Source: Candidatus Nealsonbacteria bacterium
GTDB lineage: Bacteria > Patescibacteriota > Minisyncoccia > Minisyncoccales > JAGGXC01
Length of the DNA: 64,000 bases
Assembly (NCBI GenBank): GCA_026396195.1
Contig: JAPLXH010000007.1
Span: 35,006 to 99,005, forward strand
Direction: 5' to 3'
Shown here: positions 44,500 through 54,445 of the stretch, one piece after another
Position numbering within the stretch: the first letter of the stretch is position 1
How the letters are laid out: the number at the start of each line of letters is the position of its first letter
Program-made: the position numbers and the translations under genes
The notes under the pieces: model-generated
What the model was told of the DNA's origin: nothing
The model's input: the letters and a program-made list of their open reading frames with translations, nothing else
The model's database searches: none

Positions 44500-46938
44500 T
44501 TATTTTCTTCCTTGTTTTTTTATCCAATTTTCGTCTTCTTTTCTTTTTTTCCTTGCCGCTGCTTCTTCTTCTCTTCTTTTTTTAATTACCATATTTTCTT
44601 CTTCTCTTCTTTTTTTCCTTATTATTTCCTCTTCTTCTCTCATTCTTTTTTGATGTTCCCTGATGCTTTCAGGCTTACCAGTTGTCCAACCGACGTCTTC
44701 CTCGTGTTGCATTCCTGCTATCGGCGGTACCGGCGGCGGCGTTTGTCTTTCTCGCAGAACTTGTCTAATAGACCTAGGTTCTGTTTCAGTAGCTTCAGGG
44801 GAAGACTTTGTGGCACCAGACATGTTTTGTGGAGTGCTTTTCGAGTTTTTCCATTTTTCTTGGTCTTTTCTCATTTTATCATTTCTTTTTTTAATCTTGT
44901 CCTTAATATTTAATCCTTCAATTGGAGTGAAACCTGCTTCTTGAGCAGTGTTGCTGGCTAAATAGCCAGGCAATCGAGAGTTTCTTGGTTGCCCGGTTTT
45001 TTCATCAATTTCATAATACCAATCTGAATTGCCATTGTGAACTGCATCGTGTTTTCCCGCCTCAAAGTCAGATACAAATCCTTGGCCGAATTTTTTAGCT
45101 GCCTCTGAAATTTGAGGCCCGGCCCAGAACTTGTGGGCAGCCTCCATAAGGTCTTTATCTGAATGCCAGCCTTTTTGAAGGGATTTGATTTCATTATCGT
45201 CTTTAGCTTCTTTGATAATTTTTTCTCCATAAGACTTAAATCCATCTTTTTCCATTTGTTCTTTTGTATAAGTTCCTCTTCTTCCCTGAATAACTCCGAA
45301 TTCTTCAGGCATATCTTTTGTAAAAGCCCTTTCCATATTTTTCTGTTCTTCTTTTTTACCCATAAGCCCTAATTGGTCATAAGCTTTTGTCAGTTCCAGC
45401 TTGCCCTGGGCTGTTACATTTCCGTCCTTGTCTTTAACCAGTTTATCTATGCCACCTGTTTGTTTTTGTTCCATCATGCTCTGTAAAATAGCACTCCTTT
45501 TAGCCGCATCAACAGGATTAGTTTTCAGATATGCTTCAACGTTTTTATCAGAGTCTTGTTCTTTGGAGGCTTGTTGGTAAGCTTCGTTATAAGCTCCTTT
45601 ATCCATCTCTTTAGTGCTATTTAGGTAAGCTCTTCCCATCTTGCTTTTCCAGCTTTTATTTACCAGACCGCCGCTTTTGGCACCTCCTTTTTGCGTAGAC
45701 CATTGTTGCATTCTTGATTGCATTTTTTCGCCGGTTTTAGTATGACCAGCCGCCCTAGTGACCTTACCTCCCGCCTTTTTAGCTTTTTTCATTATTCCAG
45801 CAAAACCTCCCATTCCCTTGTAGGCGCCTTCCAATTTTGAAATTGCGACATCAGCGCCGGCAGGAACGTATTTTTTGGTAATGTGAAAAGCAACAGCCAG
45901 GAAGCAAAGTAAAAATAAATAATCAAAAGTGGAGTCAGGCAGCCTGAAAGAAGGAAGTCCGCTGGCAGCCGAAAGATCTATGTTTCCCGGCCTGACTACA
46001 AAAGATTGAGTATATAAAGTTGTTATTAATCCGGTTAAAAATAAAGCCACCACGCCTAAAAAAGCCCATTGTACGACAAAAGTAAGCCATTTTTTAAAAT
46101 ATTTTTCAGTTTGAGGAAAAATTAAGCAGAAAAAAGCCAAAGGAGCAAAAATAGACAAAAGCCAAAGCGCGGCGATTCTTATTAAGAAAAGAATAAAATA
46201 GATAAAATAAATAGCTCCTAAGACCAAATTCATTGCGATCAGTACGACCATAGAAAAAATATCGCCCAACAAACTTCCCATAAAAGTTTGGGTAAGAAGA
46301 ATGGCAAGAGAGAAGATGCTTCCAAAAGCTGTAAAAGCGCTGGCAACATAGGCAGTAACGGTTACCAGCATAACATTTATTATTGCGCTAAAGCTTGATT
46401 GTAAGGGACGGAGAGCCGCGCTGACAAAGTCGGTTCCGAAAGCTTGAATAAAAGTGTTCATAAAGAACTGGGCAATGTCAGTAAAAATTCCCACTATAAG
46501 CAAGCTAAAATTAACCAACAAAATAACAATAACTAATCTGACAAAAGATTTTTTAGACTGCAGGCTTTCAATTTTTAAAATATAACCCAAGGCAATGAAG
46601 ATAATAGACAAAACAAAAAAGATGTTAACCAGTCCCGAGACGAAAGTCCATCCTGCCCAAACCGTGGGATTGCTTATATTAACAGGAATACTGATTGCCC
46701 ATTGAAAAAGATGAGCGGACAAAACGACAAAACCTGAAGATGCAAAAGCGAGCAAAATGAGTTTTACCAACAAGCCCAGAATCTGTTGGTCTATAAAATC
46801 AAGGGCATTCAAAACCGTGTCAACATAATCAAAAATTCCGGTTCCAATTATTGCCTTGGCTTGATTAGAAAAAATAAAGAATCCCGTAAAAACAAGACAA
46901 ACAAGTAAGATTATTTTATATTTTTTAATTTTAGCCAT
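44500..46938 (-). CDS. VirB6/TrbL-like polytopic membrane protein with long soluble C-terminus
   Basis: About 8 TMs with LLVNFS and RIAALWLLSIFAPLAF..LIFP motifs; in the T4SS-like cluster. Confidence 0.7.
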   Translation of the reverse strand: MAKIKKYKIILLVCLVFTGFFIFSNQAKAIIGTGIFDYVDTVLNALDFIDQQILGLLVKLILLAFASSGFVVLSAHLFQWAISIPVNISNPTVWAGWTFVSGLVNIFFVLSIIFIALGYILKIESLQSKKSFVRLVIVILLVNFSLLIVGIFTDIAQFFMNTFIQAFGTDFVSAALRPLQSSFSAIINVMLVTVTAYVASAFTAFGSIFSLAILLTQTFMGSLLGDIFSMVVLIAMNLVLGAIYFIYFILFLIRIAALWLLSIFAPLAFFCLIFPQTEKYFKKWLTFVVQWAFLGVVALFLTGLITTLYTQSFVVRPGNIDLSAASGLPSFRLPDSTFDYLFLLCFLAVAFHITKKYVPAGADVAISKLEGAYKGMGGFAGIMKKAKKAGGKVTRAAGHTKTGEKMQSRMQQWSTQKGGAKSGGLVNKSWKSKMGRAYLNSTKEMDKGAYNEAYQQASKEQDSDKNVEAYLKTNPVDAAKRSAILQSMMEQKQTGGIDKLVKDKDGNVTAQGKLELTKAYDQLGLMGKKEEQKNMERAFTKDMPEEFGVIQGRRGTYTKEQMEKDGFKSYGEKIIKEAKDDNEIKSLQKGWHSDKDLMEAAHKFWAGPQISEAAKKFGQGFVSDFEAGKHDAVHNGNSDWYYEIDEKTGQPRNSRLPGYLASNTAQEAGFTPIEGLNIKDKIKKRNDKMRKDQEKWKNSKSTPQNMSGATKSSPEATETEPRSIRQVLRERQTPPPVPPIAGMQHEEDVGWTTGKPESIREHQKRMREEEEIIRKKRREEENMVIKKRREEEAAARKKRKEDENWIKKQGRK

Positions 46939-46941
46939 TTT

Positions 46942-48081
46942 TTAAAAAATTGGGCCGGGAATTAAGTTGCAGTTTAAATCAAGCGTAAAGGTTGCCAAAG
47001 GAGAAGCAAAGCCAAGGGCTCCTCCGAAAGCAGCGGCTCGATAATAATAAAGAGATGAAGTGGCAAGACTGCTGGTGGCAATACTGAAAGGAACGGGGTT
47101 CGCGTTGTCGATAAATTTTTGTTCTCTTGGGGCGGGAGGCCGGGGAAGTTGTTGGTCAAGATATATTGGGTCTTTTCCGTATTCAAAAAAAACATCAACC
47201 TTATCATTTCTTTTCATATCAGTGACCTCTCCGTTGAAAACAACATTGCAGGTTTGGTCTGTGTTTTGTTGGGGAGCTCCTGCTGTTGGGGTTACATTTT
47301 TAACCAAGGGAGTTCCTGGGGGAGAAAAATCAGTAATCCTAACTGAGTGCACGTGGTCTAAAGACATCCAACCAAGGGTTGATTGGCTCTTTGATATGGC
47401 AGTGAATTCTCCTGCACAGCCAGGGTCTTTATAAAGATTTAATTGGCATGCTCCTTCTATTTGAATTGACTTTGGCGGCGTCAACGCTCCCCAGCCGAAC
47501 AATCCCCAGACCGAAACTCCAAAATCTTTACAAGGGTCCGACGGATCTATATCTCCGGGAGCAAAGAAATCAAGCGAAGGATTAAGCAAATCCTCTTGAT
47601 AGTTTGCAAAATGATAAAGCCTTACCCATACGCAAGGCTTTTCATAATTAGGAGCTGACCACAAAGAAGTGTTGAGAAAAGGAACAGTTGTTGTGGGAAG
47701 GGTTATGGTTGTTAACTCCGGATTTAAGGTGTTTAAGATGATAAAGGACGACAAAAGTAAGACAAGGCCGATAAGAGCGTCTCTTATTCTGTCTTGGCCC
47801 TCTTTCATTTTTATCGGGTCGCCTACTGAAGTTAAATATTTGAATCCTCCAAAAATTAAAGCAAAAAAAGCAGCCAGTCCTCCCAATAAGATTGCCCATC
47901 TGTACACGTATTCGGTAAAATCAACTAAATTGCTGGTTGTTGTCAGTGTTTTTCCTCCGGGCGCTTCCGGCCAGTCAGTTTCTAATGCTTGCGTTGTTTC
48001 AAAAAAAGCGCCGGATAAAATAATGGCAACTAAAAAAGATATCAGTAAAATCTTTTTATTTTTTTTCAAAAAATTTTTCAT
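46942..48081 (-). CDS. Pilin-like (VirB2/TrbC-like TM hairpin) protein with beta/gamma-crystallin-like and Ig/Fn3-like extension
   Basis: GGFKYLTS.GDP..GQDRIRDALIGL..ILNTLNP; VRLY..ANY..SIQI..LYKD..SVRI. Confidence 0.7.
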   Translation of the reverse strand: MKNFLKKNKKILLISFLVAIILSGAFFETTQALETDWPEAPGGKTLTTTSNLVDFTEYVYRWAILLGGLAAFFALIFGGFKYLTSVGDPIKMKEGQDRIRDALIGLVLLLSSFIILNTLNPELTTITLPTTTVPFLNTSLWSAPNYEKPCVWVRLYHFANYQEDLLNPSLDFFAPGDIDPSDPCKDFGVSVWGLFGWGALTPPKSIQIEGACQLNLYKDPGCAGEFTAISKSQSTLGWMSLDHVHSVRITDFSPPGTPLVKNVTPTAGAPQQNTDQTCNVVFNGEVTDMKRNDKVDVFFEYGKDPIYLDQQLPRPPAPREQKFIDNANPVPFSIATSSLATSSLYYYRAAAFGGALGFASPLATFTLDLNCNLIPGPIF

Positions 48082-48099
48082 TATTTTATTATAACTTAT

Positions 48100-48774
48100 T
48101 TATTTAATCAATTGAATAGACTCCAATATTTCATTAATTTCTTTTTCTATTTTTTCATTTTTATTTTCCCTTGAAAAAACAAAAGAAATAAAATAAGCTT
48201 TTTTATTGTTTTGGTCGTAGTCAACCAACAATATTTTTTCTTTTGAGTAAAAAATATTATTAGGAGAACTTTTTTTTGCATAAAGGGCCCTGAAAAAAGC
48301 CTCCTTTTCCTTAGTTTCGATTTCAATAATTTCCGTTGTAATCCCTTCTTTGTCGTTTATTTCTTTCATTATATCAATTATTTCTTGGGGCGTATTTTTT
48401 AAATCAAAAAACCCCTCGGTTACCGTTAAGCCGTAAAAAATATCATTTTTAATTCTTGAAGCTAAAAATAAGTTTTTAAATTTATATTTTTCTCGGGCTT
48501 CTTTTGGAATTCCTTCTTGGAAGTTTTTTGTATCTGTCGCCTCTACCCAGTTTGAAGGGTAAACAAATTTTAATTTTTCATCGGGGGTGATAAATTCTTT
48601 TTTCGGAAAATCTTTTTCTTCGGAAACTAAAGATTCTATTTGTTGGATGTTTTTTTGGGAAAAAAAATCTTTGGGAAACAAAGTTTCTTTTAGGAAGAAA
48701 AAAGTAAGCAAAAAAATAAATCCGACGGCTAATAAAATAAGCAATATATTTTTAAGAAAACTTTTCATTTTCAA
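48100..48774 (-). CDS. Membrane-anchored hypothetical protein (PsbP-like fold possible)
   Basis: N-terminal TM, F.YP.NW motif, ILESI C-terminus. Confidence 0.6.
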   Translation of the reverse strand: MKMKSFLKNILLILLAVGFIFLLTFFFLKETLFPKDFFSQKNIQQIESLVSEEKDFPKKEFITPDEKLKFVYPSNWVEATDTKNFQEGIPKEAREKYKFKNLFLASRIKNDIFYGLTVTEGFFDLKNTPQEIIDIMKEINDKEGITTEIIEIETKEKEAFFRALYAKKSSPNNIFYSKEKILLVDYDQNNKKAYFISFVFSRENKNEKIEKEINEILESIQLIK

Positions 48775-48780
48775 TTTTTA

Positions 48781-51222
48781 TCATAAGGGGATATCCCACC
48801 ATTGACCAAAAAATTCGAATTTATATCCCACGAATGCCAAAAGAAGATTTATTAAAAGCCAAGCTCCGAAAATAACGGCATATCCTATCAGAGTAGCTTT
48901 AAATACTGATTTTACCTGAGACATAATCGTGGTTTCTCCTTTTGAAATAAAGAATAACCCGGCGACGGCCAGAAGTATCAAAATGATAAAAATCGTTGCT
49001 ATTTTCCAAAGAGCAAAATCTAAAATATTTCTAAGAAGCAAGAAAATATGTATTATTTGGCAGGACTCCCTTTCGTTAAAAGGAGTATCGGGGTTGTCAT
49101 ATTTTTTACCGCAAGGCACTAAACCGCCCTTAGCTTCGGGAGGAGTAGTCAGGCTTAAAACAAAATTTTCCTCCGCGCTCCAGCCTCCGCTTGCATTACA
49201 ATTTACATCTAAGCAGGCCTCCACTTTCCAGGAATAAGTTCCGTTTTCAGAAAAGTCCCACGAAGCATAAGAGGCGTAATTAGAAGAAACTATTTGGTTA
49301 AAAAGTTCCTCTCCGTTGAAAGTTATTATATAATGATATTTTTTTGCTCCGATTACTGAGTTCCAGGAAAAATTTATATTTCCGGATGTTTCGACTAATT
49401 GGCCGCCAACAGGATAAGTAAGGGTCGGGGTGCTGATATTAAAGGTTTTAAAATTTCGAAGTTTAGGGTCAAGAAGAGCCTGGTTAGGAAGTCCGCACCT
49501 TCCATTATTGGCGCAAGTTCTGACTCTCCACCAATACCAAGTCGAGGTTCCCAGGGCGGGATAATCTAAAATAAGGTCAGAAGCCGAAGTGGTTCCGGTC
49601 CAGACTATACTGCCCATAACAAAAGGGGCTATGGTTAATTCTATTTTATAAAAACCAGCCCCGGCGATATCTTCCCAATCAAGCCTAACCGGCAAAACAA
49701 TATCAGTCATTGCATTATCCGGTTTTTTTAATTCCGGAGTTCTTCCGGTTGTTCTGAATTGCCAAGGGGCTAGCCAACCCGTGCAGGCTTGGCATTTATT
49801 GTCTGTGCAGGGGTTGACTGTCCAGCTATATACTTGGTTTAAGTTTAAATCTAAAACAGCTCCAGCTCCCGAGGTTGTTCCTTGGATTACGCTTCCGTCG
49901 CTTAATTTTGTTGTTTTATAAAAAAAAGAGTTAAACCCCATTGCTCTTGTCCATATAAGATTAACAGGAACATTTATTGAACTGCTTGGCAATGAATTAT
50001 TGGGAGGAGAGACTAAGGTAACTACGCCAGGCGTAGCAGGGCTGGTTTTAAATCCCCATTTTTGGCTGGTAGTGCACACTCCAAGTCCTTCTTTTTCCCA
50101 ACAAGTAGAAACCTCCCATCTGTAGGTTTTATCAACATTAAAAAAAGCGTCGAGGTCTTCATAAAAAGAAATTGCGTATATATAAGGATTGGAAGGTTCA
50201 ATTTCAATAGGATCTCCATGGAGAGTTTCTACTCCACCCTCTAAGATGTATGGTTGGACCTCATAGTAATCAGCTTCTTTGACATTGCACCATTCAAGGG
50301 TAACTGGCACCAAAGCATCTAAAAACATTTCAGTTGTGTTGTTCCAATCCGGGTCCGGCGGCGATACGGGTTGGGGAGCTAAGCTTAATTCGAAAGAAGA
50401 GGTTGAGACAGCGTCCCACGTTTTGCATTCAGTTCCATCGGCGTTACAACAAGGCATGATTTTCCATCTGGTTGAAGTGGACTGAGTAAAAGTAGTATTG
50501 ACGGGCAGCTTTAAAAAACAGGGAGTTGTGTTTCCGCTTGCGGGAATTACCCAGGTTTGATTTGCCAGAACGCCGGAGTTTGTGGCTAAAGGGCCGTTAT
50601 TGCTAATAAATCCGGAACTGGTAGCTTGAGACAGTATCCAAGAAGTAGTTGTGGGCGGGTCTGCTTTCCAGGCTCTGTGCCAGTAAGAGTTGGCTCCCGG
50701 AACCTTATTCCAGGCAAGTTTTATAGGAAGACGAACATTTGTATTGGGGACAATTCCAGTTCCTGACTCTAAATGAGGGCTTGTTGGATCTGACAAGCAT
50801 TCGCCCTTGCATTCACAATAATCATCGTCAGGAGCTTGCCAACTGGTATTTCCTATACAAATTTGATAATCCGCACAATCTTTCCATATATTGGTTAACG
50901 AGCTTCCTCCTCCGCAGCCACTCCAACCGCCGCATACCCATATGAAATTTCCTCCTCCGACATCTACACAATCTACGCTACGAGTTTTTTGATAACCTGA
51001 ATTAGTTTGCCTTTCAACGTTATTGCTGGTATCAGTGCAATCATTATTTGATTGGCATCGATAATAAGTGCTATTGTCACATCCTGAAGAAGTAGTGTCG
51101 TCTGGCTTTGGAAGAGTAGTGCATGGGTCTCCGCAGCCAGCCCTAACCTTTGGGATTAAAACAAGCAATCCTGCTAAAAAAACAAAAATAATTAATAGTT
51201 TAAAAAATAAATTTTTATTCAT
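48781..51222 (-). CDS. Large Cys-rich surface protein with Fn3-like repeats and C-terminal pilin-like TM hairpin
   Basis: Signal peptide; repeated L.W..V.GA..Y / Y.W.V..C modules; GGLVPCG..C..H.F C-terminal module. Confidence 0.75.
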   Translation of the reverse strand: MNKNLFFKLLIIFVFLAGLLVLIPKVRAGCGDPCTTLPKPDDTTSSGCDNSTYYRCQSNNDCTDTSNNVERQTNSGYQKTRSVDCVDVGGGNFIWVCGGWSGCGGGSSLTNIWKDCADYQICIGNTSWQAPDDDYCECKGECLSDPTSPHLESGTGIVPNTNVRLPIKLAWNKVPGANSYWHRAWKADPPTTTSWILSQATSSGFISNNGPLATNSGVLANQTWVIPASGNTTPCFLKLPVNTTFTQSTSTRWKIMPCCNADGTECKTWDAVSTSSFELSLAPQPVSPPDPDWNNTTEMFLDALVPVTLEWCNVKEADYYEVQPYILEGGVETLHGDPIEIEPSNPYIYAISFYEDLDAFFNVDKTYRWEVSTCWEKEGLGVCTTSQKWGFKTSPATPGVVTLVSPPNNSLPSSSINVPVNLIWTRAMGFNSFFYKTTKLSDGSVIQGTTSGAGAVLDLNLNQVYSWTVNPCTDNKCQACTGWLAPWQFRTTGRTPELKKPDNAMTDIVLPVRLDWEDIAGAGFYKIELTIAPFVMGSIVWTGTTSASDLILDYPALGTSTWYWWRVRTCANNGRCGLPNQALLDPKLRNFKTFNISTPTLTYPVGGQLVETSGNINFSWNSVIGAKKYHYIITFNGEELFNQIVSSNYASYASWDFSENGTYSWKVEACLDVNCNASGGWSAEENFVLSLTTPPEAKGGLVPCGKKYDNPDTPFNERESCQIIHIFLLLRNILDFALWKIATIFIILILLAVAGLFFISKGETTIMSQVKSVFKATLIGYAVIFGAWLLINLLLAFVGYKFEFFGQWWDIPL

Positions 51223-51357
51223 ATTTTCATTAATTTTAACTTTTTTGCTTAATAAATACTATTTTTGAAGATGTGGATATCTTGGTTTTAAAGTTGTGCA
51301 ATTTCTGTGGAAAAAATACTTGACGGAAATGGCTAAATCAGATATTTTAAAAAGCAG

Positions 51358-52395
51358 ATGCACAGAAAGCTTAAAAAAGCCCCCTTCTTGGGGGTCATAG
51401 CGCTTATAGCGATTATTTTGGGAGTCGGAATGTTTTATGTCTCATTTTCTAAATCCTTTAAAAAAGACAAAGGGTTAGTTTCCGGTTTTGATAACAGATT
51501 ATTTTTGGAAAAATCGACCAAGACCATTGAGTCGCCTAATTTATCTTTAGTTCAGGAAAATAGTATTTTCGGAGTCTCCTGTTCCCAGATTATTTCTTCA
51601 AAAGCCCTTGGAGTTTTAGTTGGAGAGGAAAGTACGGAAGACAAGAAAGAAATTACAGAATATATCGTTCAATCGGGGGACACAATCGGGTCAATTGCCG
51701 AAGATTTTAATATTACCGTAAATACTATTCTTTGGGCCAACGGCTTAAACAAAAGTTCAACCTTGAAATCGGGCCAAAAATTAATAATTTTGCCGGTTTC
51801 CGGAATTTTTCATAATGTAAAAAAGGGGGATACCATAGACCAAATAATCAAAACTTATAAAGGAAATAAAGAAGAAATAATTGCTTTTAACGAGTTAACC
51901 CCTGAAGGAGAAATTTATGTCGGTGATATTTTGATTATTCCCAATGGCACAAAACCGGCGCCAGTTTCAATTCCAAAACCAATTCAGTCGGCCTCGCCCT
52001 TAGCTGCCAGTTATTTTATACCTCCAATTCTTTCTCCTTATAGAATCACCCAAGGCCTTCATTGGTTTAATGCTGTTGATTTTGCTTACCATTCGGAAAG
52101 TTGCGGCAAGCCGGTTTTAGCGGCAGCCGAAGGAACAATTTTGAAAATTAAGTATGGTTACAATGGAGGAGCGGGCAATTATATAAAAATTATTCATCCC
52201 AACGGCTTAATTACCCATTACGGGCATTTGCAAGTTATTTTAGTAAAACAAGGAGATAAGGTTTCTCAAGGAGATATAATCGGTTCCATTGGTTATAGCG
52301 GGAAAACCATTCCTGCGGGACCCGGCGGTTGTCATCTTCATTTCGGCCTAGACTCAGAAGTCGGCATTTCTCCTAGCAATCCTTTTACAAAGTAA
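51358..52395 (+). CDS. LysM plus M23 peptidase
   Basis: YIVQSGDT and VKKGDT LysM repeats; HWFNAVD, YGHL, HLHF. Confidence 0.92.
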   Translation: MHRKLKKAPFLGVIALIAIILGVGMFYVSFSKSFKKDKGLVSGFDNRLFLEKSTKTIESPNLSLVQENSIFGVSCSQIISSKALGVLVGEESTEDKKEITEYIVQSGDTIGSIAEDFNITVNTILWANGLNKSSTLKSGQKLIILPVSGIFHNVKKGDTIDQIIKTYKGNKEEIIAFNELTPEGEIYVGDILIIPNGTKPAPVSIPKPIQSASPLAASYFIPPILSPYRITQGLHWFNAVDFAYHSESCGKPVLAAAEGTILKIKYGYNGGAGNYIKIIHPNGLITHYGHLQVILVKQGDKVSQGDIIGSIGYSGKTIPAGPGGCHLHFGLDSEVGISPSNPFTK

Positions 52396-52441
52396 AAAAA
52401 TATTTACCAATGAAATCAAAAAACACTTTTTAAGTGTTTTT

Positions 52442-53977
52442 TTAATTTTCTTCTTTTAATCTATACATTAAGGCCTCCATTAAATTATCAAAAGATATTT
52501 TTTCTTTTTCTTCCAAGTCAGCTATGGTTCTCGCCATTTTTAAAACCCGATGATAACCTCGGGCCGAAATCTGGCCGGAGTTGACATATTTTTTTAAGAT
52601 AGATTGGGACTTATTGTCTGTTTCGCAATATTTTTTAATTTGGGGAAGGGGCATTTCGTTATTAGTCATAATATTTTCCTTTTCTGATTTAAATCTTTGT
52701 TTTTGGATTTGCCGGGCAATTTCAACTCTTTTTTTGGTTTGTTCAACAAAGTTTTCATCGTCAACTTCGGTCAGTTTTTCATATTTTACGGCGGGTACCT
52801 CTACGAAAACGTCAATTCTGTCCATAAGAGGGCCTGACATTTTTCTTTTGTATTTTTGGATTTGAGAAGAAGTGCAGGTGCAGATTTTTTCAGGATTATT
52901 TAAATTACCGCAAGGACAGGGGTTGGAAGCCGCCACTAAGGTAAAGTTAGCCGGAAAAGTTAAACGGTTTTTAGCCCTCAATACCGTAATGATTTTTTCT
53001 TCAATGGGTTGGCGCAAGCTTTCCAATACGTCGCGATGGAATTCGGGGAATTCATCCAGAAAAAGAATTCCGCGATGAGAAAGAGTTATTTCTCCGGGCA
53101 AGGGCGGATTTCCGCCGCCCAACAAAGCAACCTCGGAAGAAGTATGATGGGGGGAGCGGAAGGGCCTTTTTTGGATTAATGATTTTCCTTCCGGCAACAA
53201 TCCGGCGATGCTGTAAATTTTAGTAACCTCCAGGGACTCTTCAAAGCTTAAGGCCGGTAAAATTTCAGGCAGGGCTTTAGCCAGCAAGGTTTTACCAGTA
53301 CCCGGAGGTCCTACCATAAAAAGATTATGGTTGCCGGCAGCGGCAATTTCCAATCCTCGTTTTGCATTTTCCTGGCCTTTTATGAAAATTAAATTAGAAA
53401 AAGAATCATTTTGTTGATTGAGAATTTTTTCAAAATTTTCAGAAGCAGGGGAAATATTCTTTTTCCCTTCCAGATAATCAATTGTTTCTTTTAAACTTTC
53501 AACTCCGATTACTTTAATGTTTTTTATCAGTCCCGCTTCTTTTGCATTTTGTTTTGGTAAAATAATTTCATCAAAGTTTATTTTTTTAGCGAGCATCGCC
53601 AGAGAAAGAACTCCCTTGAGCGGCCTTAATTTTCCGTCCAAAGACAATTCTCCGACAAAAATTTTATTCTGAGGGTTAAATTTTATTTGTTTTGAAATTA
53701 ATAAATATCCCAAAGCAATTGGAAGGTCGTAGAAAGAGCCCTCTTTTTTAAGGTCAGCGGGAGCCAGATTAACTAAAACCCTATGGGGTTGTTGATGAGG
53801 CGATTTTAAATAAGAGCTTTTTATGGCAGCTCCCACTCTTTCTTTTGATTCCTCCACCGCTTTATCGGGAAGGCCGACAATATCAAAACACCGGAGTCCG
53901 TAAGAAACATCGGTTTCCACTTCTATAATTTGAGCTTCTAGCCCTATAATAGCTGCTGAATAAACTTTCGATGACAT
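52442..53977 (-). CDS. comM: YifB/ComM Mg-chelatase-like AAA+ ATPase
   Basis: NLAPADLKKEG, GPPGTGKT, FRSPHH, LFLDEFPEF, NPCPCG, SARG. Confidence 0.9.
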   Translation of the reverse strand: MSSKVYSAAIIGLEAQIIEVETDVSYGLRCFDIVGLPDKAVEESKERVGAAIKSSYLKSPHQQPHRVLVNLAPADLKKEGSFYDLPIALGYLLISKQIKFNPQNKIFVGELSLDGKLRPLKGVLSLAMLAKKINFDEIILPKQNAKEAGLIKNIKVIGVESLKETIDYLEGKKNISPASENFEKILNQQNDSFSNLIFIKGQENAKRGLEIAAAGNHNLFMVGPPGTGKTLLAKALPEILPALSFEESLEVTKIYSIAGLLPEGKSLIQKRPFRSPHHTSSEVALLGGGNPPLPGEITLSHRGILFLDEFPEFHRDVLESLRQPIEEKIITVLRAKNRLTFPANFTLVAASNPCPCGNLNNPEKICTCTSSQIQKYKRKMSGPLMDRIDVFVEVPAVKYEKLTEVDDENFVEQTKKRVEIARQIQKQRFKSEKENIMTNNEMPLPQIKKYCETDNKSQSILKKYVNSGQISARGYHRVLKMARTIADLEEKEKISFDNLMEALMYRLKEEN

Positions 53978-54062
53978 ATTTGTCTATTATATATAATGTA
54001 AGAATAAAACAAACCCCATTTTTCTTTTAAAAAAGGGGGTTCGTAAGTTTTAATTTTTAAAA

Positions 54063-54428
54063 TTATTTGCACTTTTCGCAGCTTTTAGCCGATGGAAAAG
54101 CTTTTAATCTTTCGATAGAAATTGATTTTTTGCAATTTTCACAAATTCCGTACTTTCCTTTTTTAATTTTTTCTAAGGCCGAATTAATGTCTTGAAGCTT
54201 TTTTTCAAGACTGAATTCTATCGGCAATAATCTTCCGTATTCCTCGACTTCATCAGCAGCTCTTTCCATGCTTGAGCCCCCGGTTTCTTCACTAAAACGC
54301 GGGAAGCGGGTATCCCAGTCGCCCCTTAGGTTAGTGTCTTTATTGGCAAAACTTTGAAGCTGTTTTTCTATCGTTTCTTTTTCTTTTTCTAAAATTTCTT
54401 TTATTTGTTTCGTGAAGATTTTGTTCAT
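54063..54428 (-). CDS. TraR/DksA C4-type zinc finger protein
   Basis: ALEKI..GKYGICENC..I..ERL.AFP.A..C..C. Confidence 0.88.
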   Translation of the reverse strand: MNKIFTKQIKEILEKEKETIEKQLQSFANKDTNLRGDWDTRFPRFSEETGGSSMERAADEVEEYGRLLPIEFSLEKKLQDINSALEKIKKGKYGICENCKKSISIERLKAFPSAKSCEKCK

Positions 54429-54445
54429 ATTTTTTTAATAATAAT

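Noticed and set aside
39607-51222. Integrated conjugative element or prophage
   Set aside because: No integrase, relaxase, att repeats or phage structural genes seen
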